64,000 nucleotides of DNA from Microbotryum violaceum (lineage: Eukaryota), in the NCBI GenBank assembly GCA_001244265.2, contig LN717261.1:2371591-2435590 (forward strand), in the 5' to 3' direction. Below the pieces are notes generated by a model. That model saw only the letters and a program-made list of their open reading frames with translations, was not told the DNA's origin and searched no databases. Made by a program: the position numbers and the translations under genes. Positions 1-26,122 of the stretch are shown piece by piece; positions within the stretch are counted from its first letter, which is position 1; each line of letters opens with the position of its first letter.

Positions 1-933
1 ACAGATTCCGTCACAGGTGAGTCGACCGACCTGGAGTAGATATTTTCCTATCTCCATCTTGCTTGGCGACGAAGCGGACCGCTTGCCACACTGCTGCCGA
101 CGGTCAGGCGCACGTCAGGCGCACGTCCTTCCTCGCTCCTCTCGCTCCACCTGGTCTCCTGTTCCATCACGACCTTCATATACTCCAACGAAGCTGAACC
201 GAAGAACCTTATATCTTTATGTGATCCTACAGCCAAACGAGCTTACCTCACCCTCCTGGGCAACCCCCCTGCTGCCTTTCAACCAACCAAAGAACACACC
301 CCGTCGCTCACGCCTTACTCGGGTCCAGAAGCCAACTCGATCCTGGCAGCCGTCGCGAATCGACCTCGGTCCAGAAGTAACGCCGGGTCTGCGAACGGTG
401 GTCACTCGAGGAAAGGTTCGTCGATGGGTAGCGGAAGTGGATTTGCGCTCGGCGCAGGCGGACCACCGGTGCCCCCACTTCCTATCAATATCGGCAATGG
501 TACTGGCTTCGGCTCGCGGGGTCGGAGTCCATCCTTCACTCGCTCAGATGGGCAGTCACTGCCGCCATCTTCGACGAGTCCCATGCCCGCCGGTGGGATG
601 ATGGGCTCGCCTTCGAGGTGGGGCAACGGCGATTCGAGTGGCGGGAGAACAACCCCGTCGGGGGCGGGGGCGCCCCGTGCCAGTTCTGCTGGACCGGATA
701 CCCACGACCCGTCGTTGAATAGTCCCAATCGCGGGGGGAGGAGCAGTCCAGAAGTGGTGAGAAGGGCGATGGAAACAAGTGGAGGATCCTCATCGCCCCG
801 ACATATGAAAGCGGGTCAGTTATGCTCTCATCATCTCACCTGGGCCACTTTACTGACGATCTAGCTGTCTTGTTCGTTCTGTGACAGGAGTCGAAGTCGT
901 AGCAAACGCGGTCGAAGGTCTAACAATCGATGA
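1..933 (+). CDS. 3' exons of a host gene, Ser/Gly/Pro-rich low-complexity protein of unknown function
   Basis: Donor gtgagt at 17; ORF 424-864; probable intron gtcagt...gacag (~815-887) followed by a short last exon ending in tga at ~933. No recognisable domain. Confidence 0.45.
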
Positions 934-1908
934 GGAAGGCGCGTCGGGTCGTGCTGCATGATCTGCCATCCCATCAATGTGCATCGCCCCATCTTCTTCT
1001 CCCTCTTACAAGTCACGTACGATATATAATGGTCCTTTTTTCTTCTCTGCTCGTTTCCTGCACATGGTAATATTCACGTCCGTTCTAAATTCGGTCGGAT
1101 CTCCTCTCTCGTCAGTCTTCCGCGTATCTCCCCTTTTATTGATTGTAAACAAGTTCCAGGCTACGCAGCAGCCCGCATTCGTTCACTTCTCCGGAAACAT
1201 CATTCTAAAATGTTGCAGGTATACGTAACCCATCTTGCCGCGCTGTTTACGCAGGAGTAGGGCCTTCCGGACGGACACGCTTCTCGCGGCCCGAAAGGGA
1301 CTGGCAGTAAAATGGTTCAAGTTCAGCTCGCAGCGTCAGTCGACGGCGGGTACTAGTTTAGTCACCGTACTTCTCAGGGTCACAGTGATAGATTTGTCTG
1401 TTTTCGTACTTAGTGCAGTTTCATGCTCTACAAGCCAGGCATTGCTGAGCGCCACGCTGTCGCTAGGCAGGGGTGGGCATCTACAGAGGGGTACGTCACC
1501 AGTCAGAATCCTCGTCGACAGCCCGCTGAATGACCAAACACAGCTGCAATCAATCTTACCTCTCGTTGGACGTTACATGTATACCATGGCCACGTTAAAT
1601 CATAGTCAAAGAGGTAGGCAGTAAGTGCAGGTGAGGAGCCCTCGGCGAAGCAGAACCGAAACGGCTGACGCGCGCGCGGGCTCCAGCGATTCGGTCCGGG
1701 CGAAAAACGTCCGGACGGCGTTTTCGCGATTTTTGAAGATGTTTTAGAGCACTTGAAGCAATTCTAGAGCTATTTTTCGAGGCGCGTAGATAGACTGGAC
1801 ATTTTGGGGACCTTTTTGGCCGAAACATCCAAAATTTGGTGGACAAATGAGGTCCAAAATCGGGGATTTTGGCGGATTTTACCTACGCGCCTCAGGCTGG
1901 GCTTTCGG

Positions 1909-3506
1909 GTAAGCTCGACGCCCCTCCCTTTGGGAGGGGCTTGTGAGTTATCCGCGCGTTTGGCCCAGTTGCCCTCCGAAATTTTGGCCCTGAAAAGTGC
2001 CCCCTTGCTGTAGCATGGCATATATTGGTGCTATCTGAAAACTGGAGGGATACTTCTTTACTTCATCATTATTGATGAGGCTTCACCGAAGCTTGAAGTC
2101 TAGGAACGCTTGATCATCTTGCTACAGCAGCTTGAATCAACTGATTCCGAACGGACGCAGGTTGGCACACGGACCAGTCGTAGTTCAGTCCGCGTCGAAG
2201 GCTGCATAGATCCAGGTAACGTAAGCCCGGCTGCGCCTCACGCATTGCTCTCTCTCCTCCACTCAACATCGCACCTCCCCTCATGATGAGCCATGTCGGT
2301 ACAAACACCGAGGCCAGGGGGCCGCCCCGTCGACATCCATCATTTGAGTTCAGGGCCTCTCCCTTGCGATCAGCTTCAAGCCTCAAGGGCCAGTCCTACG
2401 ACCCCAGCACAGAATCGTTAACCAAACCAACAACCGTTCTCGGTCACTGGAGGCCACGTTTGACTCACGAATGACGCAAGAAGGTCAAAGTTATTCTGGG
2501 CGAAAGTCTTGACGACTCGGACGGAGGACGTGACGTTGCGGTAAAGCTGCGGCCAGCGTGTTGATTTTTGGTGTCAGTTCTCTGCGATACCCAGCCGAGC
2601 TAGGGTCAGAAACACTCACGCTTCATCTCTTTAATGCTGATTGAGTCGGCCTGCAGGCGAATAAGGCAAGTATTAAGTAGCTTTATTGGATCCGGAGAAT
2701 CAATCCAAGAAGTACGAAGTGTTGCCCACCTGCTCCAAGTCGGCGATCCAGTCATTGATTTGGCTTCTTGACTCTGCGCCATCCTCGCGTGCAAGTCGTA
2801 GAATGAGATCAAGTACACGCTTAAAGTTGAACGGACTGATCCAATACAGAGCCAAACATCAGAGTTAATCATTTAACACATTGAGGCATGAATACGCGAA
2901 GTACACACCTGATCTGATGCAGAGCCAAACGTGAGGAAAAGACCCAGTTTGTCATGCGCGGGATCAGGCCTATCAAATTCTATTCAGGCCCTCTTGCACT
3001 CGCGCGTACGCCGCACAGACCTCCTCGCGCGTACGCCGCACAGACCTCCTCGACCGCTCGTTGCTCCTTCCAACTCTTAAGGCTGGACCAGTTGTTGTTG
3101 AACAGCTTTGGTCGGTGTGTTTGAACGCCTTCAAATTGTATGGGCTGAAGTACTACGACAGGTATTGACATAGCGAGATATCGCGGCTACAAAATCGAAG
3201 CAGGCTCGCCGATGATGAGAGCGCCAATTACACGATGCGCTCGGACCATCTGGGGCCCGATCGACCGAAATCGCAGACTTCGGATTGCTGGAGCGCCACC
3301 CACATCTTATGAAAGCTCTCGTCACTTGGGTAAGTCATTTTTAGAGCATAAAGAAAAATAGGGTCCCTCACTTTTGCATGAATGCGCCTACTTGCCAAGT
3401 TACAGAGAACCAGCCCACAATGGCCCTGAAATTTCGGAGGGCAACTGGGCCAAGCGCGCCGATAACTCATAAGCCCCTCCCAGAGGGAGGGCTTAGTTGA
3501 GCTTAG
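1909..3506. repeat. Pair of ~80-bp degenerate inverted repeats, possible DNA-transposon relic
   Basis: 1909-1986 (taagctcgacgcccctccctttgggaggggcttgtgagttatc...ccgaaattt) is the approximate reverse complement of 3428-3506. No transposase seen between them. Confidence 0.45.
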
Positions 3507-3778
3507 ACAGCTCCCAAATCTCATTGATCATCGGCTTGGCGCAGCTCCAAGGAGAGAACATCTGGCTCTATGGTAGCACAGCTGTAATACACCCCGTTGG
3601 AGTATACACCTGAGCAGTGACAACAAGGATCACAGGACCAAAGTATGTAGAATTGACACTGGACACTCATATCAGTCGCTAGTATGACAATGCCTTCTGA
3701 TCCACCTTGTGCTCACCTGGACACTCATATCAGTCGCTGGAGAGAGACTAAGAGTGCCCAGGCGCGCGTCCCCTCCTC

Positions 3779-8327
<4,549 letters not shown>

Positions 8328-8907
8328 TTAGAGTGCCGGCGGTGGTTGGGCTGTCGCCTTCTTGGCACGCGCCATGGTCGTCGTCGTTCGTTCGTTCTTG
8401 TTCGTTTGTTTGTTCCGCAAAGGTGTCGCTGGCGCACGTGGCAGCGTGCGTCTTTGACCGATGTGAAAAAAAAAGTGAGGGAGAGGGCGGAGGGGAGGGT
8501 GTAGAGAGGGGAGGGGAGGGAGTTTGGTTCAGGTGGTGGAGAGTGTAAGGCCCGTAAGGCCCGTGCGCCTGGGCCTTATGAGAAGGGAGCGCGCGCCTGG
8601 ACACTCTTAGTCTCCCCTCAGCGACTAACTCGAGTGTCCAGGTGAGCCTATGGTGGGTCAGAAGTCATATTCATTGTAGCAACTAACACGAGTGTCCAGT
8701 GTTAATTCCACATACTTTGGTCCTGTGATACTCTCGTTGTCGCTCTCTGGTGTACACTCCTATGGGGTGTATTACACTTTTTTTTTCACAGGACCAAAGT
8801 ATGTGGAATTAACACTGGACACTCGTGTTAGTCGCTACAATGACTATGACTTCTGACCCACCATAGGCTCACCTGGACACTCGTGTTAGTCGCTGAGGGG
8901 AGACTAA

Positions 8908-16677
<7,770 letters not shown>

Positions 16678-17326
16678 CCCGATTTTTTTTTTTTTTTTTT
16701 TTTTTTTTTTGGTAGAACTTGTTCATCATATTGCCCCCGATTCCTATTCCCCCTGATTGGCCTACGGAAAAACTAGATGGAAGTCGACGATGATAACACA
16801 AACCCCTCGCAAGATGCGAGAAACGGGCCGGTGTCCACCAATCCGATACTTGGGATTCAAGTGCCCCAGCCAAGCGGTTGCTCCCCCCCAGGAGACAAAT
16901 GAGAGAGAGAAAGAGAAAGGAGTAATAAAACAATTTACTAAGCGACAAGAGGCCCACCCCGCCGTCACTTCCCGGTCAAGACGAAGACTGGAGAGCGACT
17001 GTGCAGCTACCCTGACCCACGAAGTCCTAAGTCTATGCTTGGTCACAACAAGACGCGGTGGAGGCCCCTCAAAACCTCCACCTCAGCGGTCCCTGGCCCC
17101 TCAAAGCCGACTTTCTGCCTGTGTCTGCTGATCCTCCCTTGACTCAGAACCCCGAAGCCAAAGAGCGCGAGTCACCGTCGAGTCAATCTCAAATCGCGAG
17201 CTGGTCCATGAGCAACGAAGGCAGACCTGTAATAGATGAAAGATGAAAGCAAGATATTTAGTATACAGTTTTTTGTTGGAAGATGAAGTGTGATGGTGTG
17301 TGTGTGGGGGGAATCGAACCCAGCCT

Positions 17327-20300
17327 CTACTGCCCTCGCCCGCCCCTTGCTCCTCCCGTCCTCAACTTCATCCTCTCCTCCAGTACCATTCTCCTCCTCT
17401 CCACGCTTTCCATTCTCGTCCTGTGCTTCTGCATCCTCCATCTCCCACTGCTGATCATCTCCAAAACCATCCCCGTGAACATCTCGATCATCCTGCCCGC
17501 CCCTTCCTGTTCGCTGAGCTTGGCCTTGAGCTTGGGGAGGCCAAAAAGCCGTTGCAGTGTCGTGTACTGGGCGTCCTCGATCGTGTCGCACCCGAGTGCG
17601 TCGCAGAGCACGCCCCTTGCCGCGATCCAGACGTTCCGCGAGTCAACGCAGCCGAAAAAGTAGTGGTCGGTGTCGTCCACCGGCGCTTCGCAGACAAGGC
17701 ACGCGGGAGAAGTGTCGTGCTTTTGTTGATGTTGCAGCTTGCGCGTCGGGGTGAAGCGGAGAATCAGCTTGAACCAAACTTCCCTCTCCCTCGCCGTCAG
17801 TGCCTTCGAGTTGACCACCTTCCAAAAGCTCCTGAGGTCGTCCGGCTGCGGTGGTCCCTTGAGCCCGAGCGTGTTGGTAAAGCCCTTCGCGTTCAGGACC
17901 CGGCGGATGCGACGGATGGTGTACGGTCGAGCCATGTTCAGCAGCTTGTACTGGCTCGCCTGCTGTGGAAGAACCGGGTCCGGAAGGCGCTGCTCCATTG
18001 CGAAGCGGGCCATGGGCTTGGGAAGAATCGCCTCGAGCGGTGCGCTGGTGCCAATCCGGGGGGCACGTTGAGCCGTCCTGCCGCCACCGCCACCGCCAAG
18101 GGCGTGTTCTTGTGTCGATCGACAGTGAACCGGTACCAGGCCGCGATTGCCAGTCGCTGCGGGAGCCCGCGTCGATCGTACTCGCTGTTGTCGCCGAGCA
18201 CATCCGCCGGCGGCGTCCAAAGGTGAAACCCCCCACCCGCATACAACTCGCGCCGGTAGAGATCCGCCACCTTCGGGTAACCCTAGAGACGAAGGTAGTC
18301 AGGTATATGAACCGCGTCGATGGTCTGTCTCCCTCTGATGGGGGTGTGGAGGCTGCCGAGCAAGGTGGGAAGCGCGAGCAGGTTCGCGGTGGTCAAGGTC
18401 CTCGGGTTGACCTGCGCGTCTTGCTGTTTCGGAACCCCAATGCTGCTCGCCATCGGGGATGGAGGTCGCTGGGGATGGGAGTGGATGGATGTGGCCAGAG
18501 ATCGGTGGCCAGGTCGAGGTCGGACTGAGCTCGCTGGAGTGCCGCGCGCGCAAGTCCTTGCCAGATCGCGCCCGAACCGCCGAGAAGAACGTCCTAGATC
18601 CGTGCCGCAACCGCGTCCACGACGTCCTGCATCCTGATCACCCCGAGTCCCCCCTTGAGCTTGGCTGTGAACACGATATCTCTGCCGTAGCTGGTCCTGC
18701 CCTTGCCCCCACGGACGAAATCGACGAGCATGTCATCGAGCTTCTTGACGACTTCGGGCGGCGGGATGTCGGCTGCAAGGAAGTGCAGGATCTTGGGGAT
18801 GGCGTACCGATTGACGTAAAAGGCAAGGGTGTGGTGTGTGAGCCAGCGATGCTGAACCCCTTCCAGCGTCGCCTCGAGGCGTTCGATGAGATTCGCGTAG
18901 GCGAGTTCGGTGTCGCCGCTCGGGTCGAAGGGAGGCCAATCCACTCGAGCGACTCGCCTGCGGCCTTGACAACGAGCGGGCGTTGCCCCGGGTCCCAGCG
19001 GCGTCCGATCGGTAGGACGACCGTCTTGTCCGTGTTGAGCCGGCCATTCGTTGCATGCCTCCAGTCGAGCGCCAGGTCATCGAGCAAGTTGAGTGACCCC
19101 AAGCCCGCGACGGCGACGACAACGTCATCGGCAAAAGCAAGCGATGTAATGGCGCGGCTCTGTGGGTACGGATGAAGTGCAGGTATGGAGAGATTCAGCG
19201 CGATGTTTCGACGGTGTAGAGCATCCAGAAACGGCTGAAACACGATGTCCCAGACCGACGACGACGCCGGGTCCCCTTGGCCGAGCCCACACGTCAGTCG
19301 TACCGGCGCCGTCAAGAACCCATTGATGATGTAGCGGGCCGAGGTCGAGTCACCCGAGTAGAGCATCCTCAGCACGCGAAGAAAGGTGGCAGGAGCGCCC
19401 AGAGCGTCAAAGATGGCAAAGATCCAGTCATGCTCGACGAGGTTGTAGGCGGACAATTGGTCAAGAGATAAGAGTGCGGCCGCGGGGAACTCGGTCCTGC
19501 GCGCGCCAACTTCCTTGAGCAGGAGACGAAGGTGTAGTGCAGCGTCAGCCGATCGGCGGTCCTTGACGAATCCGTGCTGCTGCGGCGGGAGGAGATCCGG
19601 TAGAATTTGGTTCAAACGGGCGACATAGACCTTGGTAAAGATCTTGTAATCGCACTTGCGCAGGGTGATTGGCCGGTACGACGAAAGTTTGGCGCAATCA
19701 GCATTCTTCTTGTGTCGCTTGAAGATGAGGCGCACGAGTCCTTGGCCCTGCGGGAGAGAGTGAGCCTCGCTCTATCATCGCGTTGTAGGCCTTGGTCAGC
19801 ACCTTGGCCCACGCCTTGGGTGCGGTCTGGTAGAGTTTGTAGGGCACGCCCAACGGTCCCGGCGATCGCCCGGGTGCATCGTCCCGATCGCGGCCACGAC
19901 CTCGTCCTCGGTGATTGGTCGCTGGAGTAAGTCGATCTGCGATTCCAAGAGTTGGCGCAGAAAGAGAGGATCCGAGCGCGGGTCGTCGCAAGTCCGCGCC
20001 GCCCTGATCGGCGCAAGGAATTCGTCCCGAAGTCGGTCGACGCGGTCCGGGTCACGAGGCTCGATGTGGTAGAGGCGCTGGAAATGCGCCTGCATGTGGT
20101 CAAGAGCGACATCAATGTCATGCGTTAGCTCTCCGTTGCTCAAGCGCAGTGCTGTGATCTTGGAGTCCGAGTTCCGCGCCGCGAGCTTGGCGTGGACCGG
20201 CCGCGACAGTCGTTCCTCGGAGGCGATCTCGGGTACGTGGGCTCGGATCCGGAGTAGGCGCGCGCGCTCCTCGACCGCCCGCTTGAGTTCCTCGGACGTC

Positions 20301-21340
20301 CTTGTCCATTCTGCCGTTTCCGCCTCCCCCCATTCCGGTATCGCCTCCAGATCCTGCACCCTCCCCACCAAATACTCCATCCGTTCCGTCCGCTCCCGAT
20401 GCAACCTCCTCGCCATCTCCCCACCCCTATCCCTGCACGCCTTCAGAATGACCTCGAGCTCCCCCACCGGTTCCTCCCCGCTTGCCCCTTCCAACCATCC
20501 TTCCATCATCCGCTGGAATTCCACCGTCTTAAAGGTTGTGGTGTTGATTCGATGTAGTTGGTTTGATGTGGTAGGTAGGCTGAGCTGTGGGAGGGTCGCA
20601 TCAGGATCGTCTGAGAGAGCCAGCACAATCAAGACCGGTCGGTGATCGGAAAGCTCCTTGGGATAGTCGTAGATCGTCGAGGCCTGATCGAGTCTTTTTT
20701 GGTGTGTCCGTTGCAGGAGAAAGTAGTCAAGCCGGGAGAAGGAGTTGGGTCGCTTGCGATTGGGATTAGGTCGAGTGAAGGATGGGGTGATGGGGTGTTT
20801 GTAGCGGATGCAGTCCGTGTAGGCCGAGTCAAGCTTGCCGATCAGGATTGGCCAGTGGTGGCCGCGCCGACTTTGGTTCCGCCGATCAACTTCTGGGCGC
20901 GGGCAGTTGTTGAGATCACCGCCAAGGAGTCGGAGGTGGGATTTCTGTGTTTTGTGAAATAAGAGTTTTTCAAAGAATTTCGCTCGTTGCTTTGGGTCAA
21001 CGGGCGCGTAAACGTTGTTGATTTCTAGAATTTTGATGTCGCCCCGCAGACGAAAGGACGTGACGAGGAGCCGGCCGTCGAGTGCCGAGTGGGTGCGCAA
21101 GAGCTCGGTGTCGATCAGGGGGGAGTCAGCCGGAATTAGAGTCAGACAATGTTGGTTGATGAAGAGCTTGCCCTCGTACTCGTCCTTGATGAGTTGCCAG
21201 AGGTGCGGTCTGATGAAGTGCTCTTGTATGAGAATGGCCGATGCTTTGAAAAGGGATAGGTAGTTGTAAATGTCACGTCGTTTCTCCGGGACCCCCATGC
21301 CCCTCCTCACGTTCCAGGTGATGATGGTGTGCTTAATCAT
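17327..21340 (-). pseudogene. LINE ORF2 (endonuclease, reverse transcriptase, zf-RVT), frameshifted
   Basis: Consecutive ORFs 19796-21340, 18638-19735, 18594-18944 and 17327-18220 carry consecutive domains. Confidence 0.9.
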
Positions 21341-22456
21341 TAATGGGTAGTTGAGGTCAAAGCGCTCTTGGCGGTGGTGACGTCCTCAAAGAGGGGGAGG
21401 GCAGGCAGGACATCGTCCTCGGGCTCGTGGTCGGACCATCTTTTCTCCTCGGCTACCCGCTTTGCTCTCCCTTGGTCCACTTTCGTCACGCCAACCGGCA
21501 TCGCCGCCGCCGCTGACATCGACCTCGTCACCCTCCGCCCCTCTGTTCCATCCTTGACAACGACGCGGCTCTTCCCTTTGATGATCACTCGCTTGGCGTT
21601 GGTCGGTTCGTCACTCGGGTCACTGAGGTCCGCCGCAGTCTGCGACCTCTTCATTACCGGCTTTTTGAACTTCGAAGCGGTCCCCCTGATATTGATGGAA
21701 CGTATCTCACCGTCCTCATCCCACGTGGCAAAGTTGTGACGCACCAAAGGGGTTTCAGCGTTGAGCCTCCTCTCGATGCTTTGGTCCCGCTCGAGTCGTG
21801 CCTGCTCAACCCAGTTAGCTCTGATCCTGTCCCAATCCTCCCCCTCGCGAAGCGACTTGGCAAGAGTTTCGGGTGACAAAGGTGGGGTTGGTTTGTGGGG
21901 TGTCGATTCGCGGGAAGCGGTGGCGGCGGTTGCTGTTGCGTCGCTGTCGTCATCATTGTCCAGCCTGTTCGTCTCCCCTAAGTCCGTCGCTTCCGCGTTC
22001 TCCGCTTTCGTCGCTCCCCCTGCCTTGTCCACATCGTCCACCTCCGTCGCCACCTCCCTTTCCTCCTTCTACGTCGCCACCTTGCCTTCTGTTTCGCCCC
22101 TTCCATCCGCCATCACCTCATCCTCATCAATCACCTCTCCATCGGATCCTCCGCAGTCCTCTAATACCGACTCGTCCTCGCTCTTAAGTTTGATGACCTC
22201 CGTTTTCGCGGTCGCCTCTGATTCCATCTCCGAGTCCTCCGAGTCCTCGTCATCCGCCTTATCACCAGCGTCCTCCTCCCCCGATTCCTCTGGCCCCTGT
22301 CCGCTCTGGCCAGTTACCGCTTCCTCCTGTCCCTCCTCAACCTCGAGCCCGGCGAAGCGATTCTGTGATGCGATCCTGTTAACAACGGCATAGGAATGGG
22401 GGCCTCGGCCTCCACAATGTTGGTGTCGTTGGTGATGGTGTTCTTGTTGGCGTTGG

Positions 22457-22457
22457 T

Positions 22458-22533
<76 letters not shown>
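22457..22533. repeat. (GTTGCC)n hexanucleotide microsatellite in LINE ORF1, encoding (GN)n
   Basis: Directly visible tandem run. Confidence 0.95.
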
Positions 22534-23789
22534 TGAGCCTCCTTTCGCTTGCTCTCCTGATCCAGTCCGCAGGTTCCCACGTGACCAACGAAGTGGCACC
22601 TACCGCAAGCCGCCTCCTTCTCATAGTCATGGCGAAGGGCGGTGACCGGGATGCCTCGAGTGGGAAGGCCGATTCTCGAAGGTAGGATCTCTTTCAAGGT
22701 CGTGTTAGGGCGTTTGAACAGGGAGTCGTCATCGAAGTGTAGGAAAGCTGAGTAGTCTCCGGCAACGTGGGCAAAGGCCGAGGCGTTGTCCACGCTGATA
22801 ATGCGCAGAACCTGCACAAGTTGGCACGAATGTCCCTTGCCTGACAAGTCCTGCACTAGTAATTGGAACGATTTGATGATGGCATCCATGGAAGGGACTC
22901 CTTGAACACCGACGTTGATTCGAAGCTCGACCATGTTATGGTGGAACCTGTGAGATTTCGCGAAGCGGGCCTTCGCCGATCGCCAAGTGAGAGCAGGGGG
23001 CGTCGTAAGCGCAGCGTCACGTGCCTTGCTGGTGACGAACCCAACCGTAACGCGATGGTGAGCCGCCCCATTACGCAGGATTGATGAATGTTGTACGCCT
23101 AGGATCTGTGGTCGATAGGCTGCAAGGTGGTCCGGCAGAGGAACTCCAGGCTCAAAGCAGATAGGAGAGATCGGCAATAACAGCCTCGTGACGCAGGCCA
23201 CGAGATCGGTCTTGTCGGCATGAGACGCTCGCGAGGCGCTCTGGTGAGACAGAGTCACTTCAAGGGCGTAATCAAAGATGTTCTCGACAGACCGGTTCGC
23301 GTTCAAGGCCGAGAATTTCAGCGATGTGGCGGTGGCGACGGGGTAGAGTTCGGCAAAGTAGATGGCCTGGACCCAACGATCCATGCGGTTTCCGGGTACA
23401 GCACCCATGGCTTGTAGGAGGCTGCCCAGAGCCTTGGCACGCTGTTGTTGTTGTTGCTGTTGTTCAGGTGACTGAGTCGCCTGACTCGCAGCGGCGGCAT
23501 AGTTGGGTGCGGCGGTGGCGGGGCCCGTGGCTTGCGTCTTCTTCGAGCTTATCGGGATCTGGTCGCGGGGTGGCTGGACGCTGGTGGCGGTGCCGGCGGT
23601 GGGGACCCAGGGTCTCCTGTAGACATCTTGTCGGTGTATCACTTGTTAACTCGAGTATCGAAGACTGCGGTAGGGCGATTTCGAAGTGAAGTGAAGTGAC
23701 TGTAAGGCAAGTTTGCATTACGCACCTTATGTGGCACCCGGTATTTGAATTACATCAATTCAAATTGCTTTACTTTTGGATCAGGCGTT

Positions 23790-24560
23790 AGGGTGCCGCG
23801 CTTGCCTTTCACCGACCTGCCCGAAGTGCCTGCAGCAAAAGACCTGATAGCCGAGCGGAAGGCAGTACTGGTGGAGGTGAGGGATGCGTTGGCTGCGGCC
23901 AAGGTACAACAAGTGGAGCAGGTTAATCGGCATCGCCGGCCAGAACCGGAAATTGCGGTGGGAGATCTTGTTATGGTGGATACCCATGACCGTCGACTTC
24001 GATTTAAGACGGGACAACGCAAATCCGCCAAGCTTTTTGATCACTCTGAAGGACCCTACAAGGTTCTTGCCACCAATGTCGCCACCTCCAATTACACACT
24101 CCAGCTAAATGAGGGTGACCATTTGCATCCTACATTCCACGTGAGCAAACTTCGTCCTTACCGAGCCAACAACCCAAGCTATTTCCCAAGCCAAGACCAA
24201 CCCAGACCAAAGCCGGTTATAATTGATGGGCAGGAAGAATGGGTTGTGCAAGAGATCCTGGAGGAGACCACAATGGGAAAGAAGCGCTTTCGTGTGTGGT
24301 GGGAAGGATATCCGCAGCACGAAGCCACCTTGGAGCCGCGCGAGCACTTGGAGGGGACAGAGGCGCTTCGGTGTTGGGAGCTGAAGAAGAGGACGGAGGG
24401 GAGGGTTTGATTCAGGAGGGGGAGAGTGCAAGGCCCGAGACCTTTTGCCCGGGAGCCGGAAGAAGGTGATGGAATTTTGGGGCTTAGTTGGATAGCTTGC
24501 GCGCACCTAGAACCTCTCTTGGCTTTCGCCAGCTGACTGCCTCAAGGTTCTAGACTTGAA
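23790..24560 (+). mobile_element. Gypsy 3' end: integrase tail, chromodomain, PPT and LTR start; probably continues the 8962-16677 element
   Basis: GPYKVL and EEWVVQEIL...VWWEGY motifs; purine tract ggagggggagag then tgcaaggccc at ~24427. Confidence 0.8.
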
Positions 24561-26122
24561 CTACGACTGTTTGATCCTGTCTATTGTTCTTGGAGCATGG
24601 CTGCACGCGGTGCTTCCATAATGGTGAGGGAAAGACCATTATGGGAGTAGGCATGGCCTGCGTTGAAGACAAGAACGGCAAGAGGTACAACTTGGTCAAC
24701 AGCATCTTCGTCCCTAGTGCCCCCGCCAATCTCTTCGCCAGGCATTGAGCCAATCGTGATAGTCGCAAGATCACCATTCAAAACGGGTGATTCACAGTGG
24801 CGGGAAATGGCGACATTGTACTCACGGGACAGAAGCTCAATTTGGGGTTGTACCGTCTGGACCTCAAGTTGGTTCGAAGTCGAAGTGCACCCCTTGACTG
24901 TGCGTCAGCCACAGCTCTGACAGCAGTGCCTCTCCACATCTGGCACGGACGTTTCGCTCATCTGCACTGCCGTTCCCTTCACCAGCTGTCCAAGTCTGAC
25001 GCTGTGATAGGTTTGAACATGAAGTCTCGCAGTGACTTGAAATGTGAATTGTGTCTGGCCGGCAAAGCTACGCACAAGCCGTTCCCAAACTCCGAATCAC
25101 GAGCCGGAAACCCCCTCGATCTCGTCCACATCGATCTTTTGTCCTTTGACGGCGAGCTGTTACTCGCAAACCATCGCTACGCGCTAGTTATCGTCGACGA
25201 TTGTACGCGGTACATGTGAGTGTTGACAATGCCGCGGAAGTCAGACTCCTTTGAAAGGTTCAAAACATGGAAACTACGGGTTGAGCTGTCGTCAGGGCAC
25301 ACTTTGAAAGTTGTCCGTTCGGACCGCGGTGGCGAGTTCCTTTTGACGGAGTTCAAGCGGTGGTTGGACAACACGGGTTTGTCGCGACAACTCACGATCC
25401 CCAGCACACCCGAGCAAAACAGTGTCGCCGAAAGGGCCAACCGCTCGATTTCGGAAGCAGCTCAAACAATGCTGTATGAATCCGGTCTGCCCACGGTGTT
25501 TTGGGCCGAAGCCGTGGCTACATACGTGTATGTGAAGAATTGTTCCCCACACTCTGCCCTTGGTGGCAAGGTGCCATTTTGGGAATGGACTGGGAAACCT
25601 GCTCACGTTCATCACTTACGGGCCTTCGGATGTCGAGCTTGGCACACAGCAAATACCGAACAACGTAAGAAGCTCCAGCCACAGGGCCTTCCGATGATCT
25701 TCCTCGGATACGACCTAGAATCCAAAGCCTACTGCCTATGGGACCCGGTGAGGGCGCGGTTAACGTTATCGCGAAGCGTAACGTTCTTCGAGGACAAGTT
25801 CCCGGCCCGTGAAGGCACGCCAGGACCGAGGACACCGACAACTGAGGCGATCGAAGTAGTCGTACCTCGACCAGTTGCGACAAATCGCCATGAAGCTGAG
25901 CAACAGCCGTTTGCCGCGGCCCCGGAGGTCGAGGTACACGCCCAGGAGGAAAATCCGGTTGATGACGTTGACCCCGCTGAGCAACGCGGACCAGTTGTGG
26001 AAGATGTACTAAAGGAGCTGCGGTTTGAAGCTCCCGGACCTGCTTGGGCAGCACCGGTCGGAAAGCGGGATCGTAGGGCACCTGAGCGTTTCGAACCGGA
26101 GGCCTTCGCAGCCGTCCATCAG

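Larger units (their letters stand above)
16683..23716 (-). mobile_element. Near full-length non-LTR retrotransposon (L1/Tx1-like LINE)
   Basis: Poly(A) tail (T-run 16683-16710); ORF1 22314-23642 with CCHC knuckle [16 protein letters not shown]2 with APE endonuclease (TWNVRRG, GGDLN, SDH), RT (QGDP, FADD) and C-terminal CLVC...H...C zf-RVT; several frameshifts. 5' boundary is approximate. Confidence 0.93.
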
